From the UHGV virus genome UHGV-0149956: a stretch of DNA of 64,000 nucleotides; one strand, written 5' to 3'. Shown piece by piece: positions 54,248 through 64,000 of this stretch. The notes under the pieces were generated by a model. The model searched no databases. It saw only the letters and a list, made by a program, of their open reading frames with translations, and was not told the origin of the DNA. This DNA is from a virus. A program made the position numbers and the translations under genes. Every line of letters starts with the position of its first letter. Position 1 is the stretch's first letter.

Positions 54248-55030
54248 GTGGAAAATACTAAAGCAATTCAATACCGCCTGCGTAATGGTCAGAGTGTCGA
54301 AGTGACCATCAATAATGATGGTGTGCCTGGCGAAAAGGTTTCGATCTCTGATCTGGCTATCGAAAAAACCATCATGTGCCACCTTGGCTTTACTGAAGAA
54401 GTGAGCAAAAAGCATGGTGTAGCAATCTGGAGCGCAATGGATACTGGTATGCGCAGATTCATTACTGCTCGTACCCCAGGGATGACCATGATGGACCTCA
54501 TGCAGATTGCACCGCTGTTTGAATGTGAGCCTTTAGATGTATTCAGCAATCCAGCTATCTGCCAGCAGCTATATGGTGAGATGAAACTCGCGGTTACCCC
54601 CATTGTGCTGCATGAAGGATCGCTTGCTGGCGTGTGGAAAGTGGAGCGTATTTCAAGCTACATGCCTTTCCATGTCAACGGCGTAATCACTGGTGAAAAT
54701 CAACCTGTTTCCGTTATAAAGTCAGACCTCAAGCGCGCAATTCTTGAAGCAAGTTGTCGAGTTGTCGGCCTGGGCAAACAGTCTTATGTTTCCTTCCCGG
54801 CTGGCCCTGAAGGCCCGGCAGAAATTCTGATTATGGATGCCGATCTGCTCTGGCAAATACAGTTTCTGATTGGCAAAAGCATCATCCGCGCTGAAGAACT
54901 CGATCAGTACATTACCTGCACGATGACGGATGAAGTCAAAAGTGTGGCTATAGCCAATGCCCGTAACCTATGTCGTGCTGCATTAACAGAACTGCAAGAA
55001 AACACCACGGAAGAAGTGGAAAGCGATTAA
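54248..55030 (+). CDS. hypothetical protein
   Basis: 260-aa ORF with acidic C-terminus. Confidence 0.45.
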   Translation: MENTKAIQYRLRNGQSVEVTINNDGVPGEKVSISDLAIEKTIMCHLGFTEEVSKKHGVAIWSAMDTGMRRFITARTPGMTMMDLMQIAPLFECEPLDVFSNPAICQQLYGEMKLAVTPIVLHEGSLAGVWKVERISSYMPFHVNGVITGENQPVSVIKSDLKRAILEASCRVVGLGKQSYVSFPAGPEGPAEILIMDADLLWQIQFLIGKSIIRAEELDQYITCTMTDEVKSVAIANARNLCRAALTELQENTTEEVESD

Positions 55031-55059
55031 AAAAAATCCCGCCGACTGGCGGGATTTCT

Positions 55060-55371
55060 TCAATATACGATCTGGTCTACATGATCACCAAAATCATCGT
55101 CGTCGTCGTCCTCATCGCCACCATCTACTGCTGGCCAATCAACAAACCAGCCAGCGTAAAGATGCAGCGTTCGGAGAACATCACTTGCGGGAGCATCAAG
55201 GGTGTTAACGAATCCCATATAGCTATTGGGATTTGCCCCAGCTATGGCTTCAGCGATCATGTCCTCGGTAATGTCACCGGAGATAATGCTTAAACGCCCG
55301 GAAACTTCTTCATTATCATCAAATTCGATAATGGCATCTCCACCTAATGGCGCTGCGATTTTAATCTGCAT
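55060..55371 (-). CDS. hxr: small acidic protein at the end of the darA operon
   Basis: 103 aa with poly-Asp tail (GGDEDDDDDDFGD); named by synteny. Confidence 0.4.
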   Translation of the reverse strand: MQIKIAAPLGGDAIIEFDDNEEVSGRLSIISGDITEDMIAEAIAGANPNSYMGFVNTLDAPASDVLRTLHLYAGWFVDWPAVDGGDEDDDDDDFGDHVDQIVY

Positions 55372-58348
55372 TATTTAGCTCCTTTGCCACACCTAATAAC
55401 AGTTCCAGCAATCCGTCACCATTCATCAGTGATGCGGCAGCGGCCTCTTTGTCATGATACAACTGAAGAGCCATAGAGAATACTTCCGTTGCTGACGTTT
55501 TGGAAATAGTCGGAGATTTCTGCCGAATTTTCCCGGTGTTACTTACTGAGGCTGGCGGGTATACCTTCGCCATATAAATATTACTCAATCGAGATCTGAA
55601 GCACCATTCAGGCTTGCCACGCCCACCGATATTGACGAAAGATGGCTTATCCCCTTCAACATTGGCCTTCAGGAATGACCGGGCTTTCTCTAACAAACCA
55701 GGGTTACTGTACTCAAGATGATGACCCAGCTCGTGCCACAGTGCACTTGCATTTTCATCGTTCAAATTGACAGCAACAACACCATTAAGATTTGCGTATG
55801 CCCTTCCCTGGTGGTGAACTACCTTTGATAAGGTCGATATTTTCCCGCCGGTCAGGCGATAAATATCAGCAAGTTCCTTGCGCAGGTCTATCCCACCATT
55901 CTGTCCAGCGCGGACTTCTTCCACTTCTTCTGTGATAAAAGAGTCGGCCCACTCAAGAGCTTTTTCTTCAGATACGGATGAGTTTGCGATCGCACTGTTC
56001 ATGGCAGATAACACTTTCTCGTGGACCGAACCCATACTTCGCTGATTCATTTGCCAGCGTATCTGCGGGTTATATGAGAATCGCTTAAGTAGTTGGTCAA
56101 GCTGCTCAAGTTCTTCTTCACTGACATACTTTTTAGCCTCACCAATAATGCCAGGGAGAATATTGCCGTTAGGATTAAACGCTCGCGAAAGGAAGAGTTT
56201 CAGCGCCCCCATGCCCTCCGATGCTTCAATATCACCAATAACCCGGTTAACAATGGCCGCACTCTTCGGATTAGCATCCGCCAACGCTCTGGCTACGATT
56301 TGCAGGGACGATACGACCTCACGCTGCATATCAGTCCTGATCTCATCAATAAACTCTGGCGTTATGCCGTGCTCTTTAAGAATATCCCGGCCTTCCGCCG
56401 TTACCCCATCGATATCACCGACATGTTTATTAACACGACTTTGCAATGCCTTAAATGCCTTCAGAATTCCACGGGCATCATCCGCTTTACTAACGGCCTT
56501 CCTGAATGCTGGCAAGAAGTCTGAGTTAACCTCATTTTGTTGATCGGCCCACTGAATGGAGGCTTCTTTCATCTCGTCCAGAGTCAGATCACCCAACGCG
56601 GTATGGTCTGTGAATATGAGCGACAACCTCTGAACCATTTCTGCCAATGGTGATGCCGAATGCGCCGCGCTAAGGAATGCTTTCACCCTGGTTGGGCGAA
56701 TGGAAAACCAGTCAATAGCTGGTGGCATATCTCCGTTTTTTATCGCCTGCGCTATCTCGTCAAAGCCATCGCGCCCAAGGGAGGATGCGTGATTTAACAA
56801 GCCGCGAAGTAACGAATTGCTGATACCGAATAATCGGCACCATTTTTTCACGTCGGCAACAGGCATTCGAACAAAATGCGCAAGCACTTGTACAAGCTGT
56901 TCATCCTGGGGATCTGTGCGGGAAAGCAGCCTGATCAGATGAATAATGTCTTTGATGCCGGATGCCCGATGTAATAGCAAACTGGTATACGGAGCAACAC
57001 CGTTGTAACTACCGCCGGAAACGGACTCGAAAAGACCGCCGGATATCCCTTGCATGCCTTCGTTTTCCAGTTCCTGAGACACCTGGCGAAGGATATCCTG
57101 TAACGACACATCGCCGCCGCCAAACATATCCCCCAGCGCCTGGCCCTGGTGCTGTAACTCATCATTGATACGTTGAGCCATCAACTTAAAGGCGGTGGCC
57201 ATACGCTTCGCGCTACGGTTATTCGCGACGATGAACAACGCGAGTGCTTTCACTTCCGGGGCCGTTTCGCTGAACATATCCCCCTGAGCAATAACATCGG
57301 TAATATGCTGGCCTGACTCCTTCGATTGCCTTACCAGGTCTACCGCATCTTTCAATGCCGCCAGCGCCTTTTTATCGAGGCTATCTGCTGTCTCAATGCC
57401 ATCAACAATAGTTGTCACAGCCTGCTTGTGCGCTTCTCCTGATAAAGCCTGCATCTGGACAAAATCATTGGCTGCCGCATTAAGCGCCGTCAGAACATTA
57501 CGCATATCCGGATCAGGTTCTTCTGCAACCATCCTTACCAGGCGCGCATCCTTATATGCCTTGGCAAAGATCGCGTTTTGTATACGGTCAACAAGTTGCC
57601 GCGTTGGTCGCCCATCTTCCGTTACAAGGCCAGCCGCCTGTGTGGCACCAACTTGCGTCATAAATCCGCGAATAAACGCGTCATTACTGCGGCTAAGCAG
57701 ATCTCCGCTTTCTGACGGGTTAAAAAGCGCCATCATCGCCGGTGTTATGCTGTCGGCATCAACAAAAGCCTTTTCACTGGCTGCCATTTCCTGGAGATCA
57801 GAAATATTTGAGTCCTTGGCAAACTGAACACGGTCAACCTTCGTTAACCGGCGGCGCACCAGTACCGGAGCCGTCATTGATTCAACCTTTTCAGGCCGTA
57901 TGCCGAATTCGGTCGCATGTTCAATCAGGTACTCCCGATACCGATCCGCATTACCGTCCTGATAGGCTTTAATGATCCCCATGGTCCGCCCATTACCTGA
58001 CTCAACGGCATTGTCCTCACCAATTATTGGCGCACCATGGCTGGATAAACCGGAATCAGTAAGCTGAGCTGGCCGCAAATCTTTGGATATCTGGTTAACC
58101 TGAAGAAGGCTGGATGCGCGGGTCCGGTCGCGCGGCTGAAGTTCCTGGGGATAGTCAGGATTAATTTTCCCATCCAGAGTATTGGATACCAAAAGAGCTG
58201 AGGCATCGACGATATCAAACGCTGTTTTTACCTCGTCTCCCTTCGCTGTCACCACATACGAAACCCGCCCATAATCGGGCAGGTTCTTTAGCAGCTCGAT
58301 CAGCGTTTCTATGCTGGTGGCCATTACCACCTGATCGCTTAAGCTCAT
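55361..58348 (-). CDS. ddrB: Dar-operon large virion protein
   Basis: 995 aa; placement 3' of ddrA/darA; named by synteny and size. Confidence 0.6.
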   Translation of the reverse strand: MSLSDQVVMATSIETLIELLKNLPDYGRVSYVVTAKGDEVKTAFDIVDASALLVSNTLDGKINPDYPQELQPRDRTRASSLLQVNQISKDLRPAQLTDSGLSSHGAPIIGEDNAVESGNGRTMGIIKAYQDGNADRYREYLIEHATEFGIRPEKVESMTAPVLVRRRLTKVDRVQFAKDSNISDLQEMAASEKAFVDADSITPAMMALFNPSESGDLLSRSNDAFIRGFMTQVGATQAAGLVTEDGRPTRQLVDRIQNAIFAKAYKDARLVRMVAEEPDPDMRNVLTALNAAANDFVQMQALSGEAHKQAVTTIVDGIETADSLDKKALAALKDAVDLVRQSKESGQHITDVIAQGDMFSETAPEVKALALFIVANNRSAKRMATAFKLMAQRINDELQHQGQALGDMFGGGDVSLQDILRQVSQELENEGMQGISGGLFESVSGGSYNGVAPYTSLLLHRASGIKDIIHLIRLLSRTDPQDEQLVQVLAHFVRMPVADVKKWCRLFGISNSLLRGLLNHASSLGRDGFDEIAQAIKNGDMPPAIDWFSIRPTRVKAFLSAAHSASPLAEMVQRLSLIFTDHTALGDLTLDEMKEASIQWADQQNEVNSDFLPAFRKAVSKADDARGILKAFKALQSRVNKHVGDIDGVTAEGRDILKEHGITPEFIDEIRTDMQREVVSSLQIVARALADANPKSAAIVNRVIGDIEASEGMGALKLFLSRAFNPNGNILPGIIGEAKKYVSEEELEQLDQLLKRFSYNPQIRWQMNQRSMGSVHEKVLSAMNSAIANSSVSEEKALEWADSFITEEVEEVRAGQNGGIDLRKELADIYRLTGGKISTLSKVVHHQGRAYANLNGVVAVNLNDENASALWHELGHHLEYSNPGLLEKARSFLKANVEGDKPSFVNIGGRGKPEWCFRSRLSNIYMAKVYPPASVSNTGKIRQKSPTISKTSATEVFSMALQLYHDKEAAAASLMNGDGLLELLLGVAKELNNAD

Positions 58349-58360
58349 CCCTGTTACGCC

Positions 58361-58726
58361 TTATGCTGCCTCTTTAATGTTGGCGGCTATCCATGCCGCA
58401 GTGTGCTGTTTAACCTGGTCCAGGTCGATGTATGTGCCAACATATTGACTCAAATCCTGCAAGGTACCGATAAATGCATCGGTGCTCTGATCGACGAATT
58501 TATCAGCCAGGAAATCAGCAACCAGTTTTGGCACACCATCATGTTCCGAAGGTTGTTTTTCCTCGCCACTACCACCGCCGGACGCGCCGTACCCCATCTG
58601 TTGCATGATCTGGTCAATTTCATCGCTGATATCCAGCAACTCCATGCCACTCGCGGTCGCCGCTTTGGACATCAGAGCATCCAACTTATCGCTGAGATCC
58701 ATTAACTCAATAGCTGATAGTGTCAT
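58361..58726 (-). CDS. ddrA: Dar-operon small protein
   Basis: 121 aa between darA and ddrB. Confidence 0.55.
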   Translation of the reverse strand: MTLSAIELMDLSDKLDALMSKAATASGMELLDISDEIDQIMQQMGYGASGGGSGEEKQPSEHDGVPKLVADFLADKFVDQSTDAFIGTLQDLSQYVGTYIDLDQVKQHTAAWIAANIKEAA

Positions 58727-60642
58727 GCCGCTACCCCCGCTTTCTGGATTGCTACCAACAGATCAGCCAGGTGGCGAGCTGCGCCGTTAACCAGCTCTTC
58801 GTTTTCCTCAAAACGTCCGGCAGCCTGAAGGGCTGCAATCGCTTCCCGGACATTGCCCCGGGCGTTACGGATCTCCGCCATGTCAGTGCTTTGCATATCC
58901 ATCACGTTATTGAGATATTCAATGGCTTTATTAGCCTCTGCATCTGCTTCGCTAACCGTTTCATCAGGCTGTGCCGGGGCAGGTTCTGGCTGAGTAATCT
59001 CACCGACTTCGGCCTGCAATGCATTGATCATGCTCTGCACCATTTTCTCGGTGCCAGCGCCCCCCGGAAACGCAATATTGGGGAAAGTTTTTTGAAACTG
59101 AGTTTTCAGCATTACGCGGAACTCGTCTGGTGAGCTGGTGGCCAGCTCCAGAGCTTTTTGTGCATATTTGCCAAACGGACCATTAGTAAGTGTCTTCGCC
59201 AGGAAGTCGAAAGAATCCTCGCGAGGCAATAACTTCAGGTCGTACTCACTCATTTGCTGATCAGAAAGCGGGGTATCGTAAGTAGCAATGCCGTAGCGTG
59301 CATATTCATAATACGGGTCACCTTCATCAGGGCGCGGCAGAATTGCTTTGTTACCTTCAGGTATTGCGCCAGGGGCCGCCGGACGCATTTGCAGGGCATA
59401 TCGATATGCACCTACAGAGACTTCTGGTTCAGGCGAAGAGCTACCGGTATCCTCCGCTGGTTCAGGTTCGACGTTTTCCGGTTTATGTTCTTCTGGTTGG
59501 ACCAGGTATTCCGATACATTACCCGCTTTATAGGCTTTAAACAGCTTGCCGATCGCATCTGCCATGTCCACACCCTGTATGGATTTAGCCTTGATCATGT
59601 ACACGCTGCCATCCGAATCGGTTAACTGGATATACCCTTCGCCGTCCTCAATGAATTGCTTCATTGATGCACCATTACTGAGCGTCACTTCCCCGTTCAT
59701 ATGCATACGATTTTTGATACTGGCAAGGCGATCCGTCATCGCGCGAGAGTGTCCACCAGTCATCCCCGCAGGAGCAATGGTATCGCGCCCACCAGTGCGA
59801 TTGAGCTGATCAATCTCCGTCTGCAAACGCTCATTCTCTTCATAAAGAGAATCCGCTTCCGATGCAACAGCGTTAATTTTCTGCTCCAGATCTACCTTCT
59901 GCCCTTCTACCGCTGCCACCTGATCCACGAGGTCGCTCATGGCATCCTCTTTCTGGTCACTGTCAGCCTGTAGTTGGGTTATTTCATCAACAAGGGCTTT
60001 TTTCTTCTTCTGCGCACGCTGAAATTTTGCCGAGTTTTTCTCTGCAAGGTTGGCAAGTTTCATGGTGACCTGCGCCAGCGTCATATCACGTCCACTCATC
60101 GGAGCAACGGTGTGAGTAACGTCTTTTTTATTCAGTAAGAACTGGAAAGCAACCAGCGTATCGCTATTGGTGATCCGGTTTTCCGCTGTCGGGCTATGAA
60201 ACAGAATGCTGATAGTCTGACCATCACTGAGCGGAATAATGGCTGGCAGGACCGGCAGCCCGTTAACGTTACGTGCCCGGCCAATTTCAGCACCGCCGAT
60301 CGCGCGCGCGCCGCTCTGGGCCACATCCCCCGTTTTATCACTCCCCGCAGAGATTCCGGTACCATTCAGCTTCTGGTTCAATGCCCGGACAAATGCCTGC
60401 ATGGTCCGGTGTAACTGCAAACGAGTAGAACTAATCGCCTCCAGTAAATCCGTAGCACACCAGTGGATCGGCGTGTCATAGAAGAACGTAGCCTCGATTT
60501 CCTCCAGGGTGTTGGATTCCGTCATCAGATAGCGGTCCTCACCGGCCATTAATGCGCGATATTCATCATCAGTCACTGGCGGGGGAAGCACGTCAAGCCC
60601 AGGCTTGATCGTCACCCCTTTATTGATATTGAACTGTTCCAT
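58723..60642 (-). CDS. darA: DarA antirestriction head protein
   Basis: 639 aa; the upstream hdf product shares local similarity with it (DGQ.I...NSAKFQ). Confidence 0.65.
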   Translation of the reverse strand: MEQFNINKGVTIKPGLDVLPPPVTDDEYRALMAGEDRYLMTESNTLEEIEATFFYDTPIHWCATDLLEAISSTRLQLHRTMQAFVRALNQKLNGTGISAGSDKTGDVAQSGARAIGGAEIGRARNVNGLPVLPAIIPLSDGQTISILFHSPTAENRITNSDTLVAFQFLLNKKDVTHTVAPMSGRDMTLAQVTMKLANLAEKNSAKFQRAQKKKKALVDEITQLQADSDQKEDAMSDLVDQVAAVEGQKVDLEQKINAVASEADSLYEENERLQTEIDQLNRTGGRDTIAPAGMTGGHSRAMTDRLASIKNRMHMNGEVTLSNGASMKQFIEDGEGYIQLTDSDGSVYMIKAKSIQGVDMADAIGKLFKAYKAGNVSEYLVQPEEHKPENVEPEPAEDTGSSSPEPEVSVGAYRYALQMRPAAPGAIPEGNKAILPRPDEGDPYYEYARYGIATYDTPLSDQQMSEYDLKLLPREDSFDFLAKTLTNGPFGKYAQKALELATSSPDEFRVMLKTQFQKTFPNIAFPGGAGTEKMVQSMINALQAEVGEITQPEPAPAQPDETVSEADAEANKAIEYLNNVMDMQSTDMAEIRNARGNVREAIAALQAAGRFEENEELVNGAARHLADLLVAIQKAGVAA

Positions 60643-60643
60643 G

Positions 60644-61255
60644 TTAATTTCCTGCTTTCAGTTGCTTAAGACGGCGTTTGAGTTCGCCATTTCGGGCCTT
60701 TTCGTTATTGAGTCGGCCTGTCTCCTTATCCAGCTTCGCCCGCAAATCAGTGATCTGCTGTTGATTGAAAGACACCGAGTTCTGCGCTGATTTATAAGCG
60801 GCAACCACCTGAGCATTCCGCTGTTTTGCCTCTTGCAGGCGCTGAAAGTTGGATTTTACTGCCGGTTTCTTGTCTACCGGATTGGCAACACGTTTCGCTT
60901 TGGCGATCAGTGATTTCTGGAATTTTGCGGAGTTTTTGCGGGCCGCTTGCCCCATGACGGTACCAAGCGTCTTGATATCCGGCGACTGAGCGTTAGGAAT
61001 AGCTTTTCCATTCAGCCTCACAGACGATATATCGCCAGTATCGTTTACCTGTATGGCAAGAATTTGTCCGTCGTTAAGAACCAGCTTTGCGGTTTTAACT
61101 TTAACGCCATCTTTCGTTGTTGCGCGGTTGCTGGAGTCAACCTCAATTACCGTAACACCGGTTTTATTGATCGCCGCGATAAGGGATTTCAGCCCCTTTT
61201 CATTAACCTGGTCAAAATCGACCGTTGCATACTTATTTTTCGTCATCTGACACAT
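60644..61255 (-). CDS. hdf: DarA-fragment homologue
   Basis: 203 aa; KNSAKFQKSLIAKAK and DGQILAIQV echo darA segments. Confidence 0.55.
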   Translation of the reverse strand: MCQMTKNKYATVDFDQVNEKGLKSLIAAINKTGVTVIEVDSSNRATTKDGVKVKTAKLVLNDGQILAIQVNDTGDISSVRLNGKAIPNAQSPDIKTLGTVMGQAARKNSAKFQKSLIAKAKRVANPVDKKPAVKSNFQRLQEAKQRNAQVVAAYKSAQNSVSFNQQQITDLRAKLDKETGRLNNEKARNGELKRRLKQLKAGN

Positions 61256-61676
61256 CCTGTGCGAGATTTATTACGTAACTTCTGCGGATTTGCTGAGTAA
61301 CAGGGAAAATCCGATACAACGGGTTAATGAACGAGTCGCCATGCGTAACCATGACGTTGAAATGCCACAGTCGCTCTCCTTTACCCATATATTCAGTGGG
61401 TATGTACAACCATTCACTGTTTTCGCCCTGTTCAGCCGACGTCAAACAACGTTGTTCGCCTTCAATCACTGTCGTCGGCTTCTGAACATCGCGGATCCAA
61501 TATCTGACCGTTGCGCCGCGCAAAAACGGGAATTTAGACCGGTATTTGAACGGCACCCGGATGAAACCCGGTTTAATTTCCACATCACCAAGTTCTAAAT
61601 GCGTGATGTCCTTGCGTTTTAGCAAATAGCGATCGGCTAAGGCTAACGCAAGAACGCATACACCCCAGCCAATCAT
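61233..61676 (-). CDS. lydB: lysis regulator (putative antiholin)
   Basis: 147-aa ORF downstream of the holin gene; named by synteny. Confidence 0.45.
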   Translation of the reverse strand: MIGWGVCVLALALADRYLLKRKDITHLELGDVEIKPGFIRVPFKYRSKFPFLRGATVRYWIRDVQKPTTVIEGEQRCLTSAEQGENSEWLYIPTEYMGKGERLWHFNVMVTHGDSFINPLYRIFPVTQQIRRSYVINLAQDVSDDEK

Positions 61677-62002
61677 TTCCCGCCTCCCTTTTTCACCAAA
61701 CTTGTAAGAACATTCAGAATGCTATCGATATTCACTCGTTTCATCCCTGAAATCACCTCATGACCGTTATTGCTGGCTATCGTTACCATTAAGTACGTAA
61801 TTGATAACTCCCAGCCCTCGTGTTGCCCCAATAGGTACGCCACCGCGCCAGCTGTCACTGCAACAAAGATCTCCGTAACCAATCCCAACAAATTGCCAGA
61901 CTGGCGACCGTCTCGGACATCCATCAGGAACGTGCCTATCCCACCAATTACTGAAAGCAGGAGCGCAATAGCAACTGGAGCTAATTCCTGTGTGTCAAGC
62001 AC
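61673..62002 (-). CDS. lydA: holin
   Basis: 109 aa with two or three TM helices (VAIALLLSVIGGIGTFL, VTEIFVAVTAGAVAYLL) and charged C-terminus. Confidence 0.6.
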   Translation of the reverse strand: MLDTQELAPVAIALLLSVIGGIGTFLMDVRDGRQSGNLLGLVTEIFVAVTAGAVAYLLGQHEGWELSITYLMVTIASNNGHEVISGMKRVNIDSILNVLTSLVKKGGGK

Positions 62003-62076
62003 AAGTTCCCTCCTACGTTGTCAGGAGGTAATGGTATGCAAAGTAACTTCTCAACCGGTTATGTTGCATAAGAGAC

Positions 62077-62340
62077 TTACCTATTCAACCGACTTTTGGA
62101 ACCTTCAATAATAAGCCTGCTATTGGCGCTGAAAATAAGAACCATGCAGCTCTGAAGGCTTTCATTCATGTCCTTATATTCCGCGAGATACATGCCAATA
62201 AAGCCAGCAAGTACGGCGGAAATACATTCGGCCAGCAATTTCTTGCATGAAGACTCGTAACGGTTTTCACATAGCCCACTCAAATACGAATACACCCCAC
62301 CAAGAAGGGATAACATCACGATATGTACATAAAATGTCAT
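62077..62340 (-). CDS. small membrane protein, holin-like
   Basis: 87 aa, two hydrophobic segments; first gene of the lysis/dar strand. Confidence 0.4.
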   Translation of the reverse strand: MTFYVHIVMLSLLGGVYSYLSGLCENRYESSCKKLLAECISAVLAGFIGMYLAEYKDMNESLQSCMVLIFSANSRLIIEGSKSRLNR

Positions 62341-62467
62341 TTTTTACCTATACAACAGTAAGTTGAACAACATTTGAGAACGGTATGCACTTTGTGATTT
62401 CCACACACACTGGTTTTGTTAATTAAAACCTGTAGCTTGCAATAAATAACGATAGTGGGCAGAAAAT

Positions 62468-62660
62468 ATGCTAATAGGCTATGTACGCATATAGACAAAT
62501 GAACAAAACACAGCTATGCAGTGAAAAGCACTTGAAAGCGCAGGATGTGAGCTAATTTTTGCGAATAAGGCGAGCAGCAAAAAAGCTGGGCACCCTGGGT
62601 TAAAAAAGGTTCTGCGTATGCTTTCCAGAGGTGATACCCTAGTCTCGGACTAGGGACAAC
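62468..62660 (+). pseudogene. decayed N-terminal remnant of a Cin-type DNA invertase gene
   Basis: Translates as MLIGYVRI*TNEQNTAMQ*KALESAGCELIFANKASSKKAGHPGLKKVLRMLSRGDTL, about 85 percent identical to the Cin N-terminus as I recall it but with two in-frame stops, ending after 64 codons. Confidence 0.7.
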
Positions 62661-62775
62661 ATTTCGAGAACAGTTTTCATTAGCGGTCAGCAGGCGCTAG
62701 ATACATCGAATTGATGTGCCGCGCGATAAATGTACCTATTCTATCAAGATAAATTACACCGACGCGGCATTAGAA

Positions 62776-63348
62776 TTACAGCTCAGATTGAGTTTGGCGC
62801 TTCTCTACAGGATGATAACGATAAATCGTCGATACACCGATATCGTAAATAATTGCCAACTGTTTCCTGCTGTAGCCATTTTCGATCAACCTCGCTATTT
62901 GCTCATGTTGTTCTTTTGTCAACTTCGGGCGACGTCCGCCAATGCGTCCCTGTTCGCGTGCAGCTGCCAGTCCGGCCAGTGTTCTCTCAACAATTAATTC
63001 ACGTTCCATTTCTGCTAAAGCACCCATGACATGAAAAAAGAAACGCCCCATGGGTGTTGATGTGTCAATACTGTCTGTCAGACTACGGAAATTAACACCT
63101 TTTTCCCGCAACTCCTCTATAAGCGTGATAAGGTGTTTCATACTTCTGCCAAGCCTATCCAGCTTCCAGACAACCAGCGTATCTCCTTCTGATAACGTTC
63201 TGAGCAGCTTTTTCAAGCCTGGTCTGGCTGACTTTGTTCCGCTTATTTTATCTTCAAAAATCAGTTCACATCCTGCGCAGTTCAGTGCATTTCTTTGTAA
63301 ATCTGTGTTTTGGTCATTTGTTGACACACGAATGTAGCCAATTTGCAT
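62776..63348 (-). CDS. cin: Cin/Gin/Hin-family serine DNA invertase
   Basis: MQIGYIRVSTNDQNTDLQRNAL (catalytic Ser), VVWKLDRLGRSMKHL, C-terminal HTH (KQLAIIYDIGVSTIYRY); start set at ATG 63348. Confidence 0.9.
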   Translation of the reverse strand: MQIGYIRVSTNDQNTDLQRNALNCAGCELIFEDKISGTKSARPGLKKLLRTLSEGDTLVVWKLDRLGRSMKHLITLIEELREKGVNFRSLTDSIDTSTPMGRFFFHVMGALAEMERELIVERTLAGLAAAREQGRIGGRRPKLTKEQHEQIARLIENGYSRKQLAIIYDIGVSTIYRYHPVEKRQTQSEL

Positions 63349-63404
63349 GAAAAACAACCTCTTTGTTTAGTTAAAAATACATCGTTGGTATAGGTAGGGA
63401 TTAA

Positions 63405-63430
63405 GACTAAAACGTTGGTTTAGGGGAAGG
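63405..63430. other. cix-like crossover site 1
   Basis: Reverse complement CTTCCCCTAAACCAACGTTTTAGTC resembles cix/hix/gix sites; sits at the start of cassette 1. Confidence 0.45.
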
Positions 63431-63848
63431 CTCGGCGCTGCCCGTTGGTGTACCTGTTCCATGGCCCTCCGCCACACCACCAACGGGGTGGCTGAAATGT
63501 AACGGAGCAGCATTTTCTTCTGAAAAGTACCCAAATCTGGCAAAGGTTTACCCCACTAATAAATTGCCGGATCTACGGGGCGAATTTATTCGAGGTTGGG
63601 ATGATGGACGAGGTGTGGACAATGGGCGAGCATTATTAAGCAGCCAAGAGGCTACAAACTTTTCTCAGCGTGCCGGAAATATAGGCGATGGTGCAGGGCA
63701 CGCAATTAATTTTCATGATGGCATCGTCGGAAATCAGCCAGGATTTTCACGATTTAATTTCACCAGTAACTCTGTAGGTGATGGTATAAATTTTGTTGCT
63801 GTCAGGCCGCGAAATATCGCATTTAATTACATCGTAAGGGCGGCATAA
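63411..63848 (+). other. tail-fibre C-terminal variable cassette 1 (promoterless in this orientation)
   Basis: Open frame from the cix site: ...PTGWLKCNGAAFSSEKYPNLAKVYPTNKLPDLRGEFIRGWDDGRGVD... typical of phage tail-fibre C-termini. Confidence 0.7.
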
Positions 63849-63869
63849 AAACGTTGGTTTGGGGGAAGG
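63844..63869. other. cix-like crossover site 2
   Basis: CATAAAAACGTTGGTTTGGGGGAAGG, second copy of the cix-like sequence in the same orientation. Confidence 0.45.
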
Positions 63870-64000
63870 CTCAGCATTGCCCGTTGGCGTGCCCGTTCCG
63901 TGGCCCTTAGAAACACCGCCAACGGGGTGGCTGAAATGTAACGGAGCAGCATTTTCTTCTGAAATGTATCCCAAACTGGCAAAGGCCTACCCCACCAATA
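63850..64000 (+). other. tail-fibre C-terminal variable cassette 2 (partial, runs off window)
   Basis: Translates NVGLGEGSALPVGVPVPWPLETPPTGWLKCNGAAFSSEMYPKLAKAYPTN, about 90 percent identical to the first 50 codons of cassette 1. Confidence 0.65.

Noticed and set aside
53491-55060. IS1 or other insertion sequence between ssb and the darA operon
   Set aside because: No transposase-like ORF or terminal inverted repeats were found; the two ORFs here are ordinary coding genes.

Overview
The window reads as one contiguous 64 kb stretch of a P1-family temperate phage / plasmid-prophage genome. Named genes were recognised from motifs visible in the translations and from remembered P1 gene order and sizes; no database search was run. 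Directly supported landmarks are a perfect 34-bp loxP site next to cre; the c1 repressor with coi and more than a dozen copies of the 17-bp C1 operator; pacA with the seven-hexamer pac site and pacB; phd-doc; a LexA box in front of humD; ref; ssb; a SAR-type endolysin; the 2255-aa darB and the hdf-darA-ddrA-ddrB operon; a DnaB homologue (ban); a fused Dcm/Dam methyltransferase (dmt); an RdgC homologue; three tRNA genes (Asn, Thr, Ile2); and a lambda-type Ser/Thr phosphatase. Departures from the P1 archetype as I remember it are the most interesting parts. (1) The cin locus holds a decayed N-terminal remnant of a P1-type cin next to an intact, divergent Cin-family invertase on the opposite strand, followed by at least two tandem tail-fibre C-terminal cassettes each starting at a cix-like site (a Min/shufflon-like multiple-inversion arrangement). 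(2) The position where P1 carries its type III res-mod genes instead holds a low-GC GNAT acetyltransferase gene whose ribosome-binding site is buried in a perfect hairpin. (3) The tRNA cluster is interleaved with four related long hairpin / tRNA-like elements. (4) A gene beside ssb ends in a DUF2829-like domain, the fold I recall for Thoeris anti-defence Tad2. (5) Several glycosyltransferase-like, MptE-like and nuclease-like genes form a possible modification module. No CRISPR array, transposase/IS element, rRNA or reverse transcriptase was seen. Many small ORFs in the long plus-strand operon (13.9-28.9 kb) are called only as hypothetical.
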